Positions 30,207 through 39,848 of a stretch of DNA of 64,000 nt are shown here, piece after piece. Source of the stretch: Dehalococcoidia bacterium (GTDB taxonomy: Bacteria > Chloroflexota > Dehalococcoidia > UBA2979); contig OZ219872.1 of NCBI GenBank assembly GCA_964291495.2, forward strand, positions 869,358 to 933,357. Direction: 5' to 3'. Positions within the stretch are counted from its first letter, which is position 1; each line of letters begins with the position of its first letter. The notes beneath the pieces were generated by a model, which worked only from the letters and a program-made list of their open reading frames with translations, did not search any database and was not told where the DNA came from. The translations under genes were made by a program, and so were the position numbers.

Positions 30207-31607
30207 GTGGCGAGCGAGCGAGCGACGACACTCGGCGCCCTGCGCCGCTCCGGCTACCGCGTGCGCAGCGTCCGCGAGGAGTTGCGCGAGAACCTGATCG
30301 CGGCGATCGAGAGCGGCGCGGACCTTTTCCCCGAGATCCAGGGCTACGACCAGACCGTCATCCCGCAGCTCCAGAACGCGCTGCTCTCCGGCCACGACGT
30401 GATCTTCCTCGGCGAGCGGGGGCAGGCGAAGTCCCGCCTGATTCGCAGCCTCACCGGGCTGCTCGACGAGTGGATCCCCACCCTCGCCGGGGCCGAGATC
30501 CCCGAGAACCCCTTCGACCCGATCAGCGAGCAGGGCCGCCAGATCATCGAGGAGCACGGCGACGACGCGCCGATCCACTGGATGCACCGCGACGAGCGCT
30601 ACGGCGAGAAGCTCGCCACGCCCGACATCACCATCGCCGACCTGATCGGCGAGGTGGACCCGATCAAGGTCGCCGAGGGGCGCTATCTCAGCGACCAGTT
30701 GACCATCCACTACGGCCTGATCCCGCGCACCAACCGCGGCATCTTCGCGATCAACGAGCTGCCCGACCTGGCCGAACGCATCCAGGTCGGCCTGCTCAAC
30801 GTGATGGAGGAACGCGACATCCAGATCCGCGGCCACAAGGTGCGGCTCGCCCTCGACGTCTTCATCGTGGCGACGGCCAACCCGGAGGACTACACCAACC
30901 GCGGCCGCATCATTACGCCGCTCAAGGACCGCTACGGCTCGCACATCCGCACGCACTACCCGCGCGGCATCGACGAGGAGCTGGACATCGTCTCGCAGGA
31001 ACGCGTCGACGTCGGCGCGGCCGGGCGCGAGCTGCTGATCCCGCGCTACATGGAGGAGATCGTCGCCGAGGTCACGCGCCTTGCGCGCCGCTCGCCGGAC
31101 GTGAACCAGCGCTCCGGCGTCTCCGTGCGCGCCTCGATCTCCAACTACGAGTCGATGGTCGCGAACGCGCTGCGCCGGGCCGTGCGGCTGGGCGAGCCGG
31201 AGGTCGCGCCGCGCATCTCCGACCTCGGCTTCATCCGCGCCTCGCTCGAAGGCAAGGTCGAGCTCGAGACGGTCGAGGAAGGCCGCGAGGATCAGATCAT
31301 CGAGCGGCTGATCCAGGGCGCGGTCGTCGCCGTCTTCAACCGCCACTGCAGCATCAGCGACATGGAGCCGCTGATCGAGTCGTTCAAGACCGGCGTCACC
31401 GCCGAGGTCGGCGAGGGGATGCCCTCGGAGGGCTACCTCACGATGCTCGGCAGCGTCGAGGGGCTCGCCGAGGCGGTCGCGGGTGTGGCGACGGGCGAGT
31501 CGGCCGCGGAGCAGGCCGCCGCGATCGAGTTCGTGCTCGAAGGGCTGCACCTCAACAAGCGCCTCAACAAGGACAGCATCGACGGCGAGGCCCACTACCG
31601 GGGCTAG
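30207..31607 (+). CDS. AAA+ ATPase (Mg-chelatase ChlI/MoxR-like)
   Basis: GERGQAKSR Walker A variant, AINELPDL, ATANPEDY; AAGGAGG RBS. Confidence 0.9.
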   Translation: MASERATTLGALRRSGYRVRSVREELRENLIAAIESGADLFPEIQGYDQTVIPQLQNALLSGHDVIFLGERGQAKSRLIRSLTGLLDEWIPTLAGAEIPENPFDPISEQGRQIIEEHGDDAPIHWMHRDERYGEKLATPDITIADLIGEVDPIKVAEGRYLSDQLTIHYGLIPRTNRGIFAINELPDLAERIQVGLLNVMEERDIQIRGHKVRLALDVFIVATANPEDYTNRGRIITPLKDRYGSHIRTHYPRGIDEELDIVSQERVDVGAAGRELLIPRYMEEIVAEVTRLARRSPDVNQRSGVSVRASISNYESMVANALRRAVRLGEPEVAPRISDLGFIRASLEGKVELETVEEGREDQIIERLIQGAVVAVFNRHCSISDMEPLIESFKTGVTAEVGEGMPSEGYLTMLGSVEGLAEAVAGVATGESAAEQAAAIEFVLEGLHLNKRLNKDSIDGEAHYRG

Positions 31608-31679
31608 CCGCACCAAGGCCAGTCGAGGCCGCGCCGGACAGGGACCCGGCGGAGCACGGAGGAGCGGGAGGCTCGAACG

Positions 31680-33905
31680 ATGACGCTGCTCGCGCGCTAC
31701 TCCGCCTGGGACGGCAGCCAGGAGATCCCGGAGCTCGAGGCCGGCGACATCCTCGAGGCGCTGTCCGACGACCTCATGAACTTCGGCGACCTGCAGCACG
31801 CGCTCCGCAACCTGATGCAGCGCGGGATGCGCAGGCCGGACGGCGCGCGCGCGCCCGGGCTGCGCGACCTGCTCCACCAGCTCCGACAGCAGCGCCGCCA
31901 GCGCCTCGACCAGTTCGACCTCGGCGGCACGATGCAGCAGATCGAGGAGACGCTGCGCGAGATCCTCGACCTCGAACACAGCACGCTCGACCAGCGGCTC
32001 GCCGAGGCCGGCGGACCCTCGCAGCCAGAGCCGGACGCCACCGACGAGGCGCCCGACGAGAGCGGCGAGGAAGGCGGGGGCCCGGAGGCACAAGGTCAGC
32101 AGGACGAGCAGGGCCCGCAGGGCGCCGAGGGCCAGCAGGGCGACGGCGGCGCCGCGCAGCAGCAGAGCGGCGCCCCGGGCCAGACGAGCGGCGGCGCGCC
32201 CTCGCAGGGCGGGGGCGGCGAGGGCGGCCCATCCGAGGACGGCGACCTGTCCGACATGCTGCGCCGCATCGTCGAGCGCAAGCAGCAGTACCTCGACGAG
32301 CTGCCCGAGGAGCCCGCCGGGCAGGTCAAGGCGCTGCAGAGCTACGAGTTCCTCAATCCGGATGCGCGAGACAAGTTCCAGGGACTGCTCGAGCAGCTCA
32401 AGCAGGCGATGACCGAGTCCTTCTTCGAGGACGTCTCCAAGATGGTCGACGAGATGTCCGAGGGCGACCTCGAGCGCATGAAGGAGATGCTGCGCGACCT
32501 CAACGACATGCTGATCCAGCGCATGCGCGGCGAGCAGCCGGACTTCGACTCCTTCATGGACAAGTACGGCGACATGTTCGGCGACAATCCGCCCGAGTCG
32601 CTGGACGAGCTGATTGCGCAGATGCAGGCGCAGACGCAGGCGATGCAGTCGCTGATGGAGTCGTTGCCCGGCGACCAGCGCCAGCAGCTGCAATCGCTGA
32701 TGGCCGACAAGTTCGGCGACCCGGAGCTCGAGGGCGAGCTCTCACAGCTGGCGGCCAACCTCGAGTACCTCAACCCCGGCGCCGAACGCGCGCCCGCCTA
32801 CCCGTTCCGCGGCGACGAGGAGATCGGCCTCGAGGCCGCGATGCAGCTGATGTCGGAGATGCAGGACATCGACGGCCTTGAGCGCCAGCTCGAGCGCGCC
32901 CAGTACGACGGCGACATCGACGGCATCGACCTCGACCAGCTGCGCGAGCTGCTCGGCGACGAGGCTTCCGAGGCGATCGACCAGCTCGGCGAGCTGCTCG
33001 AGATCCTCGAGCGCGAGGGCTACATCCGGCGCGAGGGCAACAACTGGGAGCTGACGCCTCGGGGCACGCGCATGATCGGCCAGCGCGCGCTCACCGAGAT
33101 CTACGCGCAGCTGAAGCGCCAGGGCATCGGCAACCACCCGATCCCGGAGCAGGGACGCCACGGCGAACGCACGGAGGACACCAAGGACTACGAGTTCGGC
33201 GACCCGTTCCACCTGCACATGGGCCGCACGATCATGAACGCCGTCGAGCGCGAGGGGCCGCAGACGCCCGTGCGCCTCATGCCCGACGACTTCGAGGTGC
33301 ACCGCTCCGAGCAGCTGACCGAGACGGCCACCGTCGTAATGGTGGACCTCTCCTGGTCGATGGCGCTGCGCGGCTCGTTCCAGTCCGCGAAAAAGGTGGC
33401 GCTCGCGCTGCACAACCTGATCAGCACGCAGTACCCGCGCGACCAGCTCTACGTCCTCGGCTTCTCCGCCTACGCGCGGGAGCTGCGCATCGCCGATCTG
33501 CCGTACGTGCGCTGGGACGAGTCCGTGCTCGGCACCAACATGCACCACGCGCTGATGATGGCGCGCCGCAAGCTGGCCCGGCACAGCGGCGGGACGCGGC
33601 AGATCATCATGATCTCGGACGGCGAGCCGACCGCTCATCTGGAACGAGGGCGCTCGCAGTTCTCCTACCCGCCGAGCCCGACGACGATCCGCGAGACGCT
33701 GAAGGAAGTGCGGCGCTGCACGCAGGCGGACATCACGATCAACACCTTCATGCTGGACCGCAACTACTACCTCAAGGAGTTCGTCAACCAGCTGGCGAAG
33801 ATCAACGGCGGCCGCGTCTTCTACACGACGCCCGACAAGCTCGGCGAGTACATTCTGGTCGACTATGTGCAGCGCAAGCGAAAGCGCATCGGCCGCAGCG
33901 CCTGA
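31680..33905 (+). CDS. VWA-domain protein, partner of the AAA+ ATPase
   Basis: RYSAWDGSQ N-terminus; MIDAS DLSWSM, GTNMHHAL, ISDGEPTAH. Confidence 0.9.
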   Translation: MTLLARYSAWDGSQEIPELEAGDILEALSDDLMNFGDLQHALRNLMQRGMRRPDGARAPGLRDLLHQLRQQRRQRLDQFDLGGTMQQIEETLREILDLEHSTLDQRLAEAGGPSQPEPDATDEAPDESGEEGGGPEAQGQQDEQGPQGAEGQQGDGGAAQQQSGAPGQTSGGAPSQGGGGEGGPSEDGDLSDMLRRIVERKQQYLDELPEEPAGQVKALQSYEFLNPDARDKFQGLLEQLKQAMTESFFEDVSKMVDEMSEGDLERMKEMLRDLNDMLIQRMRGEQPDFDSFMDKYGDMFGDNPPESLDELIAQMQAQTQAMQSLMESLPGDQRQQLQSLMADKFGDPELEGELSQLAANLEYLNPGAERAPAYPFRGDEEIGLEAAMQLMSEMQDIDGLERQLERAQYDGDIDGIDLDQLRELLGDEASEAIDQLGELLEILEREGYIRREGNNWELTPRGTRMIGQRALTEIYAQLKRQGIGNHPIPEQGRHGERTEDTKDYEFGDPFHLHMGRTIMNAVEREGPQTPVRLMPDDFEVHRSEQLTETATVVMVDLSWSMALRGSFQSAKKVALALHNLISTQYPRDQLYVLGFSAYARELRIADLPYVRWDESVLGTNMHHALMMARRKLARHSGGTRQIIMISDGEPTAHLERGRSQFSYPPSPTTIRETLKEVRRCTQADITINTFMLDRNYYLKEFVNQLAKINGGRVFYTTPDKLGEYILVDYVQRKRKRIGRSA

Positions 33906-34054
33906 CGCTCGATGGCGCCTGCAAACGCCTGTCTCGCAGCGCACGTGACGCCGGCCGGAGGATGTCCCACGTCATCCTCACGGGTCGCTCCGGCGAGTCC
34001 CACCCAGGCCTGCTCCACCGCCGCGGATGCCGGGCACGGGACCGCGGATCGCCC

Positions 34055-34083
34055 TTGAAAGGTCCCGGACCGATCCCTATCGT
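34055..34083 (+). promoter_or_regulatory. Sigma70-type promoter of the DUF1538 operon
   Basis: TTGAAA (34055-34060)-N17-TATCGT (34078-34083). Confidence 0.6.
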
Positions 34084-34141
34084 GTAGCCGCGCTGCGCAG
34101 GCCCAATCGAACCCCATGCAGCCACGCGCGAGGAGCATGGT

Positions 34142-34876
34142 TTGCCGCGTTTCGCGCTGGCCATGGCGAAGCGGGTCGTGGGCGCTCTTCGAGACCTGCT
34201 ACCCATCTTCGCCGTCATTGCGTTCTTCCAGCTCGTCGTGCTCCAGCAGCCCTTCCCCGATGTCGCCGACGTGGCGATTGGGCTGGTCTGCGTCGTCCTG
34301 GGGCTGGCGCTGTTCATCCAGGGGCTGGAGAGCGGGCTGTTCCCGCTGGGCGAGGCGCTGGCGCAGGGAATGGCGCGCAAGGGGAGTACGGCGGCGCTGC
34401 TGGCGCTGGCCTTCAGTCTCGGCTTCGGCACGACCGTCGCGGAGCCGGCGCTCATCGCCGTGGCGGCCGAGGCGGCCGACGTGGCGGCGGAGGCGGACTT
34501 CATCGGCGACAGCCAGGCCGCCCAAAACCAGTACGCCCTTGAACTGCGTGTGGTGGTGGCCCTCGCCGTCGGCGTCGCGATTGTCCTTGGAGTACTGCGC
34601 ATCGTGAAAGGGTGGCCGATTCACCGCTTCATCATCGGCGGCTACATCCTGGTGATGGTGATGACCGTGTTCGCGCCCGAGGAGATTGTGGGGGTGGCCT
34701 ACGACTCCGGTGGGGTGACGACCAGCACAATCACGGTGCCGTTGATCACCGCGCTGGGGGTGGGCCTCGCCTCCTCCATCCGGGGGCGCAACCCGATGCT
34801 CGACGGCTTCGGACTGATCGCCTTCGCCAGTCTCACCCCCATGATCTGCGTGCTGGGCTACGGGATGGTGGTGTGA
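34142..34876 (+). CDS. DUF1538 membrane protein
   Basis: [41 protein letters not shown]. Confidence 0.92.
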   Translation: MPRFALAMAKRVVGALRDLLPIFAVIAFFQLVVLQQPFPDVADVAIGLVCVVLGLALFIQGLESGLFPLGEALAQGMARKGSTAALLALAFSLGFGTTVAEPALIAVAAEAADVAAEADFIGDSQAAQNQYALELRVVVALAVGVAIVLGVLRIVKGWPIHRFIIGGYILVMVMTVFAPEEIVGVAYDSGGVTTSTITVPLITALGVGLASSIRGRNPMLDGFGLIAFASLTPMICVLGYGMVV

Positions 34877-35658
34877 TGCAGGAGTCTCTCACGCTCGTTG
34901 GCGAAACCCTGCTCTACACGCTGCGGGACGTGACGCCCATCGTCGTCATCCTCGTGGTGTTCCAGGTGGGGGTGCTACGGCGCGGGCTACCCAACATCAG
35001 GGGCATCGCCGCCGGCTCGGTCATGGTGCTGCTGGGGCTGGCGCTGTTCCTGATCGGGCTGGAACAGGCGCTGTTCCCCATCGGCGAGACGATGGCGCGG
35101 CAGCTCACGGAGGAGGCAGGGGCGCTGGCAGGCGCGGTGCGGTGGGAGGACTATTGGCTGGTGTACGTCTTCGCGGCGGCCATCGGCTTCGCGACGACGG
35201 TGGCCGAGCCGTCCCTCATCGCCGTGGGCCTGAAGGCCCAGGAGGTTTCGGGCGGCGCGGTGAACGCCTGGGGGCTGCGTATCGCCGTGGCGCTGGGTGT
35301 AGCTGCCGGAGTGTCCCTGGGGTGCTTCCGGATCGTGACGGGCACGCCGCTGCCGTGGTACATCGTGGCGGCCTACGTTGTCGTCATCGTCCAGACGTAC
35401 CTGAGCAGCCGCACCATCGTCCCGCTGGCCTACGACAGCGGAGGCGTCACCACATCGACCGTCACGGTACCGGTGGTGGCGGCGTTGGGGCTGGGTCTCG
35501 CCGCGAACGTACCGGGCCGTAGCCCGCTGATCGACGGCTTCGGGCTCATTGCCTTCGCAAGTGTATTCCCCATCATGTCGGTATTAGGCTATGCCATCAC
35601 CGCCGAACGAGTAGAGCGCTGGCGCAAACGGAGAGAACGTCAGGAGGTGCAGCCATGA
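34876..35658 (+). CDS. DUF1538 membrane protein (second)
   Basis: [40 protein letters not shown]; TGATG overlap. Confidence 0.92.
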   Translation: MQESLTLVGETLLYTLRDVTPIVVILVVFQVGVLRRGLPNIRGIAAGSVMVLLGLALFLIGLEQALFPIGETMARQLTEEAGALAGAVRWEDYWLVYVFAAAIGFATTVAEPSLIAVGLKAQEVSGGAVNAWGLRIAVALGVAAGVSLGCFRIVTGTPLPWYIVAAYVVVIVQTYLSSRTIVPLAYDSGGVTTSTVTVPVVAALGLGLAANVPGRSPLIDGFGLIAFASVFPIMSVLGYAITAERVERWRKRRERQEVQP

Positions 35659-36005
35659 AGATGGCGCTGGTCGTCGCGCTGGTGAGTGACGAGAAGACAA
35701 ACCAGATCATCGATGCGGCGCGCGCGGGCGGCGCGACGGGCGACACCATCATCAGCGGCGTGCGCGGCGAGGGACTGAAGCCGGGAAAGACGTTTCTCGG
35801 GCTGGACCTCGCGTCCAGGCGAGACATGGTGCTGTTCCTGGTCGCCGAGCAGCGGGCGCGCGACATCCTGGAACGCATCGCCGCGGCCGGCGACATGGAC
35901 CGCGAGAGCGGCGCCGGCGTCGCCTTTCAGATCACGATCGAGGACGCCGTTGGCCTCTCGACCCAGTTGCCCACGCTGATGGAGGAGTTGGAAGGCGCTG
36001 TATGA
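35655..36005 (+). CDS. P-II-like signal transduction protein
   Basis: AARAGGATGDTII..RGEG..TFLGL, GAGVAFQITIEDAVG. Confidence 0.88.
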   Translation: MKMALVVALVSDEKTNQIIDAARAGGATGDTIISGVRGEGLKPGKTFLGLDLASRRDMVLFLVAEQRARDILERIAAAGDMDRESGAGVAFQITIEDAVGLSTQLPTLMEELEGAV

Positions 36006-36412
36006 GCGATCAGAGCAACAACGCAACGATACGCGTGTCCGACCTCATGGGGTCGCAGGTGCATGCGATCGACGGGCTGGCGACAGTGGCCGAGGCCATG
36101 GCGACGATGAAGCGGCTGCAGATCAGCTCGCTGGTGGTTGACCGGCGCGACGATGACGACGAGTTGGGGCTGATCACGGTGAGCGACGTGGCGCGGGAGG
36201 TCACCACGCGCGATCGCGCGCCGGAGCGGGTCAATGTCTACGAGATCATGTCGAAGCCGGCGCTGACAGTGCGCTCGGGCATGCTCGCGCGCTACGCCGT
36301 GCGACTGCTGGTGAGGTTTCGCGTCTCCCGCGCGCTGGTGATCGACGACGGCGGGGCGCCGCTGGGGCTGGTCACGCTGCGCGACCTGGTCCTCGGCCTG
36401 ACCCCGGAGTAG
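36002..36412 (+). CDS. CBS-pair protein
   Basis: VSDLM, LGLITVSDV, VYEIMSKP, LGLVTLRDLV. Confidence 0.92.
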   Translation: MSDQSNNATIRVSDLMGSQVHAIDGLATVAEAMATMKRLQISSLVVDRRDDDDELGLITVSDVAREVTTRDRAPERVNVYEIMSKPALTVRSGMLARYAVRLLVRFRVSRALVIDDGGAPLGLVTLRDLVLGLTPE

Positions 36413-36442
36413 ACAGGCTTCGCGCACCCGAGCGCGACGAGG

Positions 36443-37855
36443 TCAGAGCGGCGGCTGGCGGAGGTGCCAGTCGGTGGACTGCTGGTAGGCGTGGGCCACG
36501 CGGTAGAGCAGCGCCTCCTCCAGCGGGCGGCCATGCAGCATCAGCCCCACCGGCCAGCGACCGTCGTTGCCGAACCCGCACGGCACCGAGATCGCCGGGT
36601 GCCCGGAGACGCTGGCGACGCCGTTGCGATAGACGCCGCGCGAGCGGGCCTGGACCTCCCGGCCGCGAATCACGACCCGCTCCGCATCCCAGGCGTCACC
36701 GTAGGTGCTGCCCGTCGGCATCGCGATCACGTCCACCTCGCGCAGCACCGCGTTCGCCTCCTGTGTGATGCGCGCGCGGAACTGCTGCGTGTGCAGGTAC
36801 TGCTCGAAGCTCTGCGCCTCGCCCGCCTCGATCTGCACGTGGATCTCCGTCCACGCCTCGATCTCCTCCTCGCTGAAGTGATCGCGGATGAAGACCGGCC
36901 GCTCCGAGGCCAGCGAGAGGCCCAGCGCGCGGTTGCGGGCGTGCTCCGAGAGTGGCATCCGCACCTCGGAGAGCGCGGCGCCCAGCTCGCCCAGCCGCTC
37001 GATCGCCGCGCGCGCGATCTGCTCCTCCTCCTCGCTCAGCCAGTCGCGCCAGATCCAGTCGTCCACCGGCACGCCGATGCGCACCCCGGCGATGCCGTCG
37101 CCGAGGCCCGCGCGGTAGTCCGCGGGCGGCTCGTTGATGCTGAGCGGGTCCAGTGAGTCGTAGACGCCGATCGCCTCCAGCGCGGCGGCGTTGTCCTCGA
37201 CGGTCTTCGTCAGCGGGCCCGCCGTGTCGTCGCTCCACGAGGCGGCCCAGATGCCGTGGCGGCTGATCCGCCCGAACGTCGGCTTCATCGCCACGAGGTT
37301 GCTGTTGCTGCCGGGGTGGCGGACCGAGCCGCCGGTGTCCGTGCCGATCGAGAGCAGCCCCATCGAGGCCGCCGTGGCGGAGCCGGAACCACTGCTCGAG
37401 GTGCCGGGGCTGCGCGAGGGGTCCCAGGCGTTGCGGCAGCCGACCGGCCCGCGCGTGTCGCGGCCGATCTCGGAGACCACCTTGCCGACGAGGATCGCGC
37501 CCGCCTCCTCCAGCAGCCGGTGCAGCGTCGCCTGCTCCGGCGGGCGGTAGTCGACGCCTCGAGGGTTCCCGAAGGTGGTGCGCACCCCGCGCGTGGCGAT
37601 CACGTCCTTGAGCGTGTAGGGAATGCCGTGCAGCGGGCCGCGGTAGCGGTTCGCCGCGATCTCGCGCTCAGCCTGCCGCGCCCGCTCCAGCGCGTAGTCG
37701 CCGCAGTGCGTGACGAACGAGTGCAGCACCGGCTGCAGCCGCTCGATGCGCTCGTTCGTCGCCTCGATCACCTCGACGGGCGAGACCTCGCGGCGGCGGA
37801 TGCGCTCGCCGAGCCCGATGATCGTCGCGGCGCCCAGGTCGAGATCCGAGGTCAC
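36443..37855 (-). CDS. Amidase-signature family protein (GatA-like)
   Basis: GPLHGIPYTLKD, PGTSSSGS, IGTDTGGSVRHP. Confidence 0.93.
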   Translation of the reverse strand: MTSDLDLGAATIIGLGERIRRREVSPVEVIEATNERIERLQPVLHSFVTHCGDYALERARQAEREIAANRYRGPLHGIPYTLKDVIATRGVRTTFGNPRGVDYRPPEQATLHRLLEEAGAILVGKVVSEIGRDTRGPVGCRNAWDPSRSPGTSSSGSGSATAASMGLLSIGTDTGGSVRHPGSNSNLVAMKPTFGRISRHGIWAASWSDDTAGPLTKTVEDNAAALEAIGVYDSLDPLSINEPPADYRAGLGDGIAGVRIGVPVDDWIWRDWLSEEEEQIARAAIERLGELGAALSEVRMPLSEHARNRALGLSLASERPVFIRDHFSEEEIEAWTEIHVQIEAGEAQSFEQYLHTQQFRARITQEANAVLREVDVIAMPTGSTYGDAWDAERVVIRGREVQARSRGVYRNGVASVSGHPAISVPCGFGNDGRWPVGLMLHGRPLEEALLYRVAHAYQQSTDWHLRQPPL

Positions 37856-37857
37856 GC

Positions 37858-38754
37858 CTAGATCCAGACGCCCGGCGCCTCTTCCCAGAAGAGTTGCACC
37901 AGCATGCCGCCGACCTGGCGGGGGTGGAGGAAGGTCTCGGCCCAGCCCCAGCCGTCCCTGACGCCGTCCGAGCCGCCGAAGGTGGTCACCTCGTAGGCCT
38001 CGCAGGCGGCGATCGCCCGCTCCCAGTCGCCGACCTGGAAGGTGACGTGATGGATGCCGGGGCCGCGGCGCTCGAGGAAGCGATGGATGAAGGAGCGATC
38101 GCCGACGGGCTGCAGGATCTCCCAGTGCATCTGCTCCGTGGGCATGTCCAGCACCGTCGTGGCGAAGGGGCGTTCGTCCTCCTGCCCGCGGCGCTGCAGC
38201 CGCAACCCGAAGACCCGCTCGTACCACTCCGCGAGGACGTCGCGCTCCCCGTGCGCGTGCGAGAGATGGTCGAGCGCGACGATGCCCAGCGCGCCCTCGT
38301 GGTCCTCGGCGGGAGGCGGCCGATCGCCGCCGTCCTCGGGGCCGCGCAGGCGGAAGAGGAAGCCCTGCCCGCCTCGCGAGGGGTGGATGTAGACCTCCTC
38401 GCCCGGCTCGCTGCCGTCGCCGGGGTCGCCGCGCCACGGCTCGATCTCGAGACGCCGCAATTCCTCGACGGCGGCATCGAGGTCGGGGACGCGCAGCACC
38501 AGGTTGTGGATGCCCGGCCCGAGCGGGCTATCGATGAAGGCCTGCAGCTGGGACGACCTGAGCGTGGGCGCGGCCACCTCCCAGTCGACGTCGGAGCGGC
38601 CGGGCATCGAGAGCCGCACGCGCACCGCGCTGCCGTCGGCGTCGATCGTCGGTTGGCCGGCGCGGAAGCCGAACAGCTCCTCGAACAGCGCCACCTGCGG
38701 CGGCAACGCCGGCGCGACGACGCCGACCCGGTCGATGCGCGTGATCTCGAGCAT
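37858..38754 (-). CDS. Double VOC/glyoxalase domain protein (methylmalonyl-CoA epimerase-like)
   Basis: Two repeats with GPGIH(N/H), (Y/F)(I/L)HP...G and LVQL. Confidence 0.88.
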   Translation of the reverse strand: MLEITRIDRVGVVAPALPPQVALFEELFGFRAGQPTIDADGSAVRVRLSMPGRSDVDWEVAAPTLRSSQLQAFIDSPLGPGIHNLVLRVPDLDAAVEELRRLEIEPWRGDPGDGSEPGEEVYIHPSRGGQGFLFRLRGPEDGGDRPPPAEDHEGALGIVALDHLSHAHGERDVLAEWYERVFGLRLQRRGQEDERPFATTVLDMPTEQMHWEILQPVGDRSFIHRFLERRGPGIHHVTFQVGDWERAIAACEAYEVTTFGGSDGVRDGWGWAETFLHPRQVGGMLVQLFWEEAPGVWI

Positions 38755-38850
38755 GCACCCTCCGTCCGGCGGCCATCATACGAAACCGCCGCCCTGCGAC
38801 GAACGGCGAGCGGCGCCCGATGCAGCAAGGCCTCCTGTTAGCATCGTGGG

Positions 38851-39831
38851 GTGCTACCCGGCAGCCTGCTGATCGTTCGCAACCCGCATGCCCGCAGCGC
38901 GCCCTCGGAAGCCGCGTTGCGCGAGGCCGCCGAGCCGCTGCGCGCGGGCGGTGTGGCCGTCGAACTGCGCAGCACCTCGGCGCCCGGCCACGCCCGCGAG
39001 ATCGCCGCGGAGGCGGCGCGCGACGGGGTCGACGTGCTGGCGGCGGCGGGTGGCGACGGGACCATCCACGAGGTGGTCAACGGCCTCGCGGGCGGCGAGA
39101 CCGCGCTGACCGCGATCCCCGCGGGCACCGGCAACGTCTGGGCGCGCGAGGCCGGCATCCCCCGCAACGCCAGTCGCGCGCTCGCCTGGATCGAGGGCGC
39201 GCGGCGCGTCCGCATCGACCTCGGGCGTGCGGAGTTCGAGGGCCCCGGCGGCGCTCGCTCGGAGCGCTGTTTCCTGCTGATGTGCAGCGCCGGCCTGGAC
39301 GCCGAGGCGGTGCGCCGCATCGGCGGAGGTGGGCGGGCGAAGCGCTGGCTCGGCCCGCTTCCCTATGCCCTGCACGGCAGCGAGCGCCTGCTGCGCTCGC
39401 CCTCCGAGCGGACGCGCATCGCCCTCGAGGGCCCCGAGGAGGCGACGATCGAGCGTTCGCTGCTCTTCGCGATCGCCGGCAACACGCGGCTCTATGGCGG
39501 TGTCGCGCGGCTGACCGGCGACGCCCGCGCCGACGACGGGCTGCTGGACCTCGTGGCGTTCTGTGGCGGCAGTCTCACCTCGCGCCTGGCGCTCGGAGCG
39601 CGGGTCGTCCCGCGCGCCCTCGGCCGCGGCGTTCGCGGACCCCTCGCGCCGCTGCTCGGCGGCTCCGCGGACTACCTGCGCGGCGCCGCCATCCGCATTG
39701 AGCCGGAGCTGCCGCTGGCGGTGCAGGCGGACGGCGAGTACCTCGGCGAGACGCCGCTCACGTTGACCGTCGAGCCGAGGGCACTCGACGTACTGGTCGC
39801 ACCGCGACCACATGCGCTGCTCGGCGAGTAG
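38851..39831 (+). CDS. Diacylglycerol/lipid kinase family (YegS/DagK-like)
   Basis: NPHA, GGDGTIHEVVNG, PAGTGN, QADGE. Confidence 0.93.
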   Translation: MLPGSLLIVRNPHARSAPSEAALREAAEPLRAGGVAVELRSTSAPGHAREIAAEAARDGVDVLAAAGGDGTIHEVVNGLAGGETALTAIPAGTGNVWAREAGIPRNASRALAWIEGARRVRIDLGRAEFEGPGGARSERCFLLMCSAGLDAEAVRRIGGGGRAKRWLGPLPYALHGSERLLRSPSERTRIALEGPEEATIERSLLFAIAGNTRLYGGVARLTGDARADDGLLDLVAFCGGSLTSRLALGARVVPRALGRGVRGPLAPLLGGSADYLRGAAIRIEPELPLAVQADGEYLGETPLTLTVEPRALDVLVAPRPHALLGE

Positions 39832-39848
39832 GCGGTCACACCCCGGCT

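Noticed and set aside
34084-34141. Riboswitch in the DUF1538 leader
   Set aside because: The leader is short and I could not match it to any riboswitch consensus by eye; an Rfam scan would settle it.
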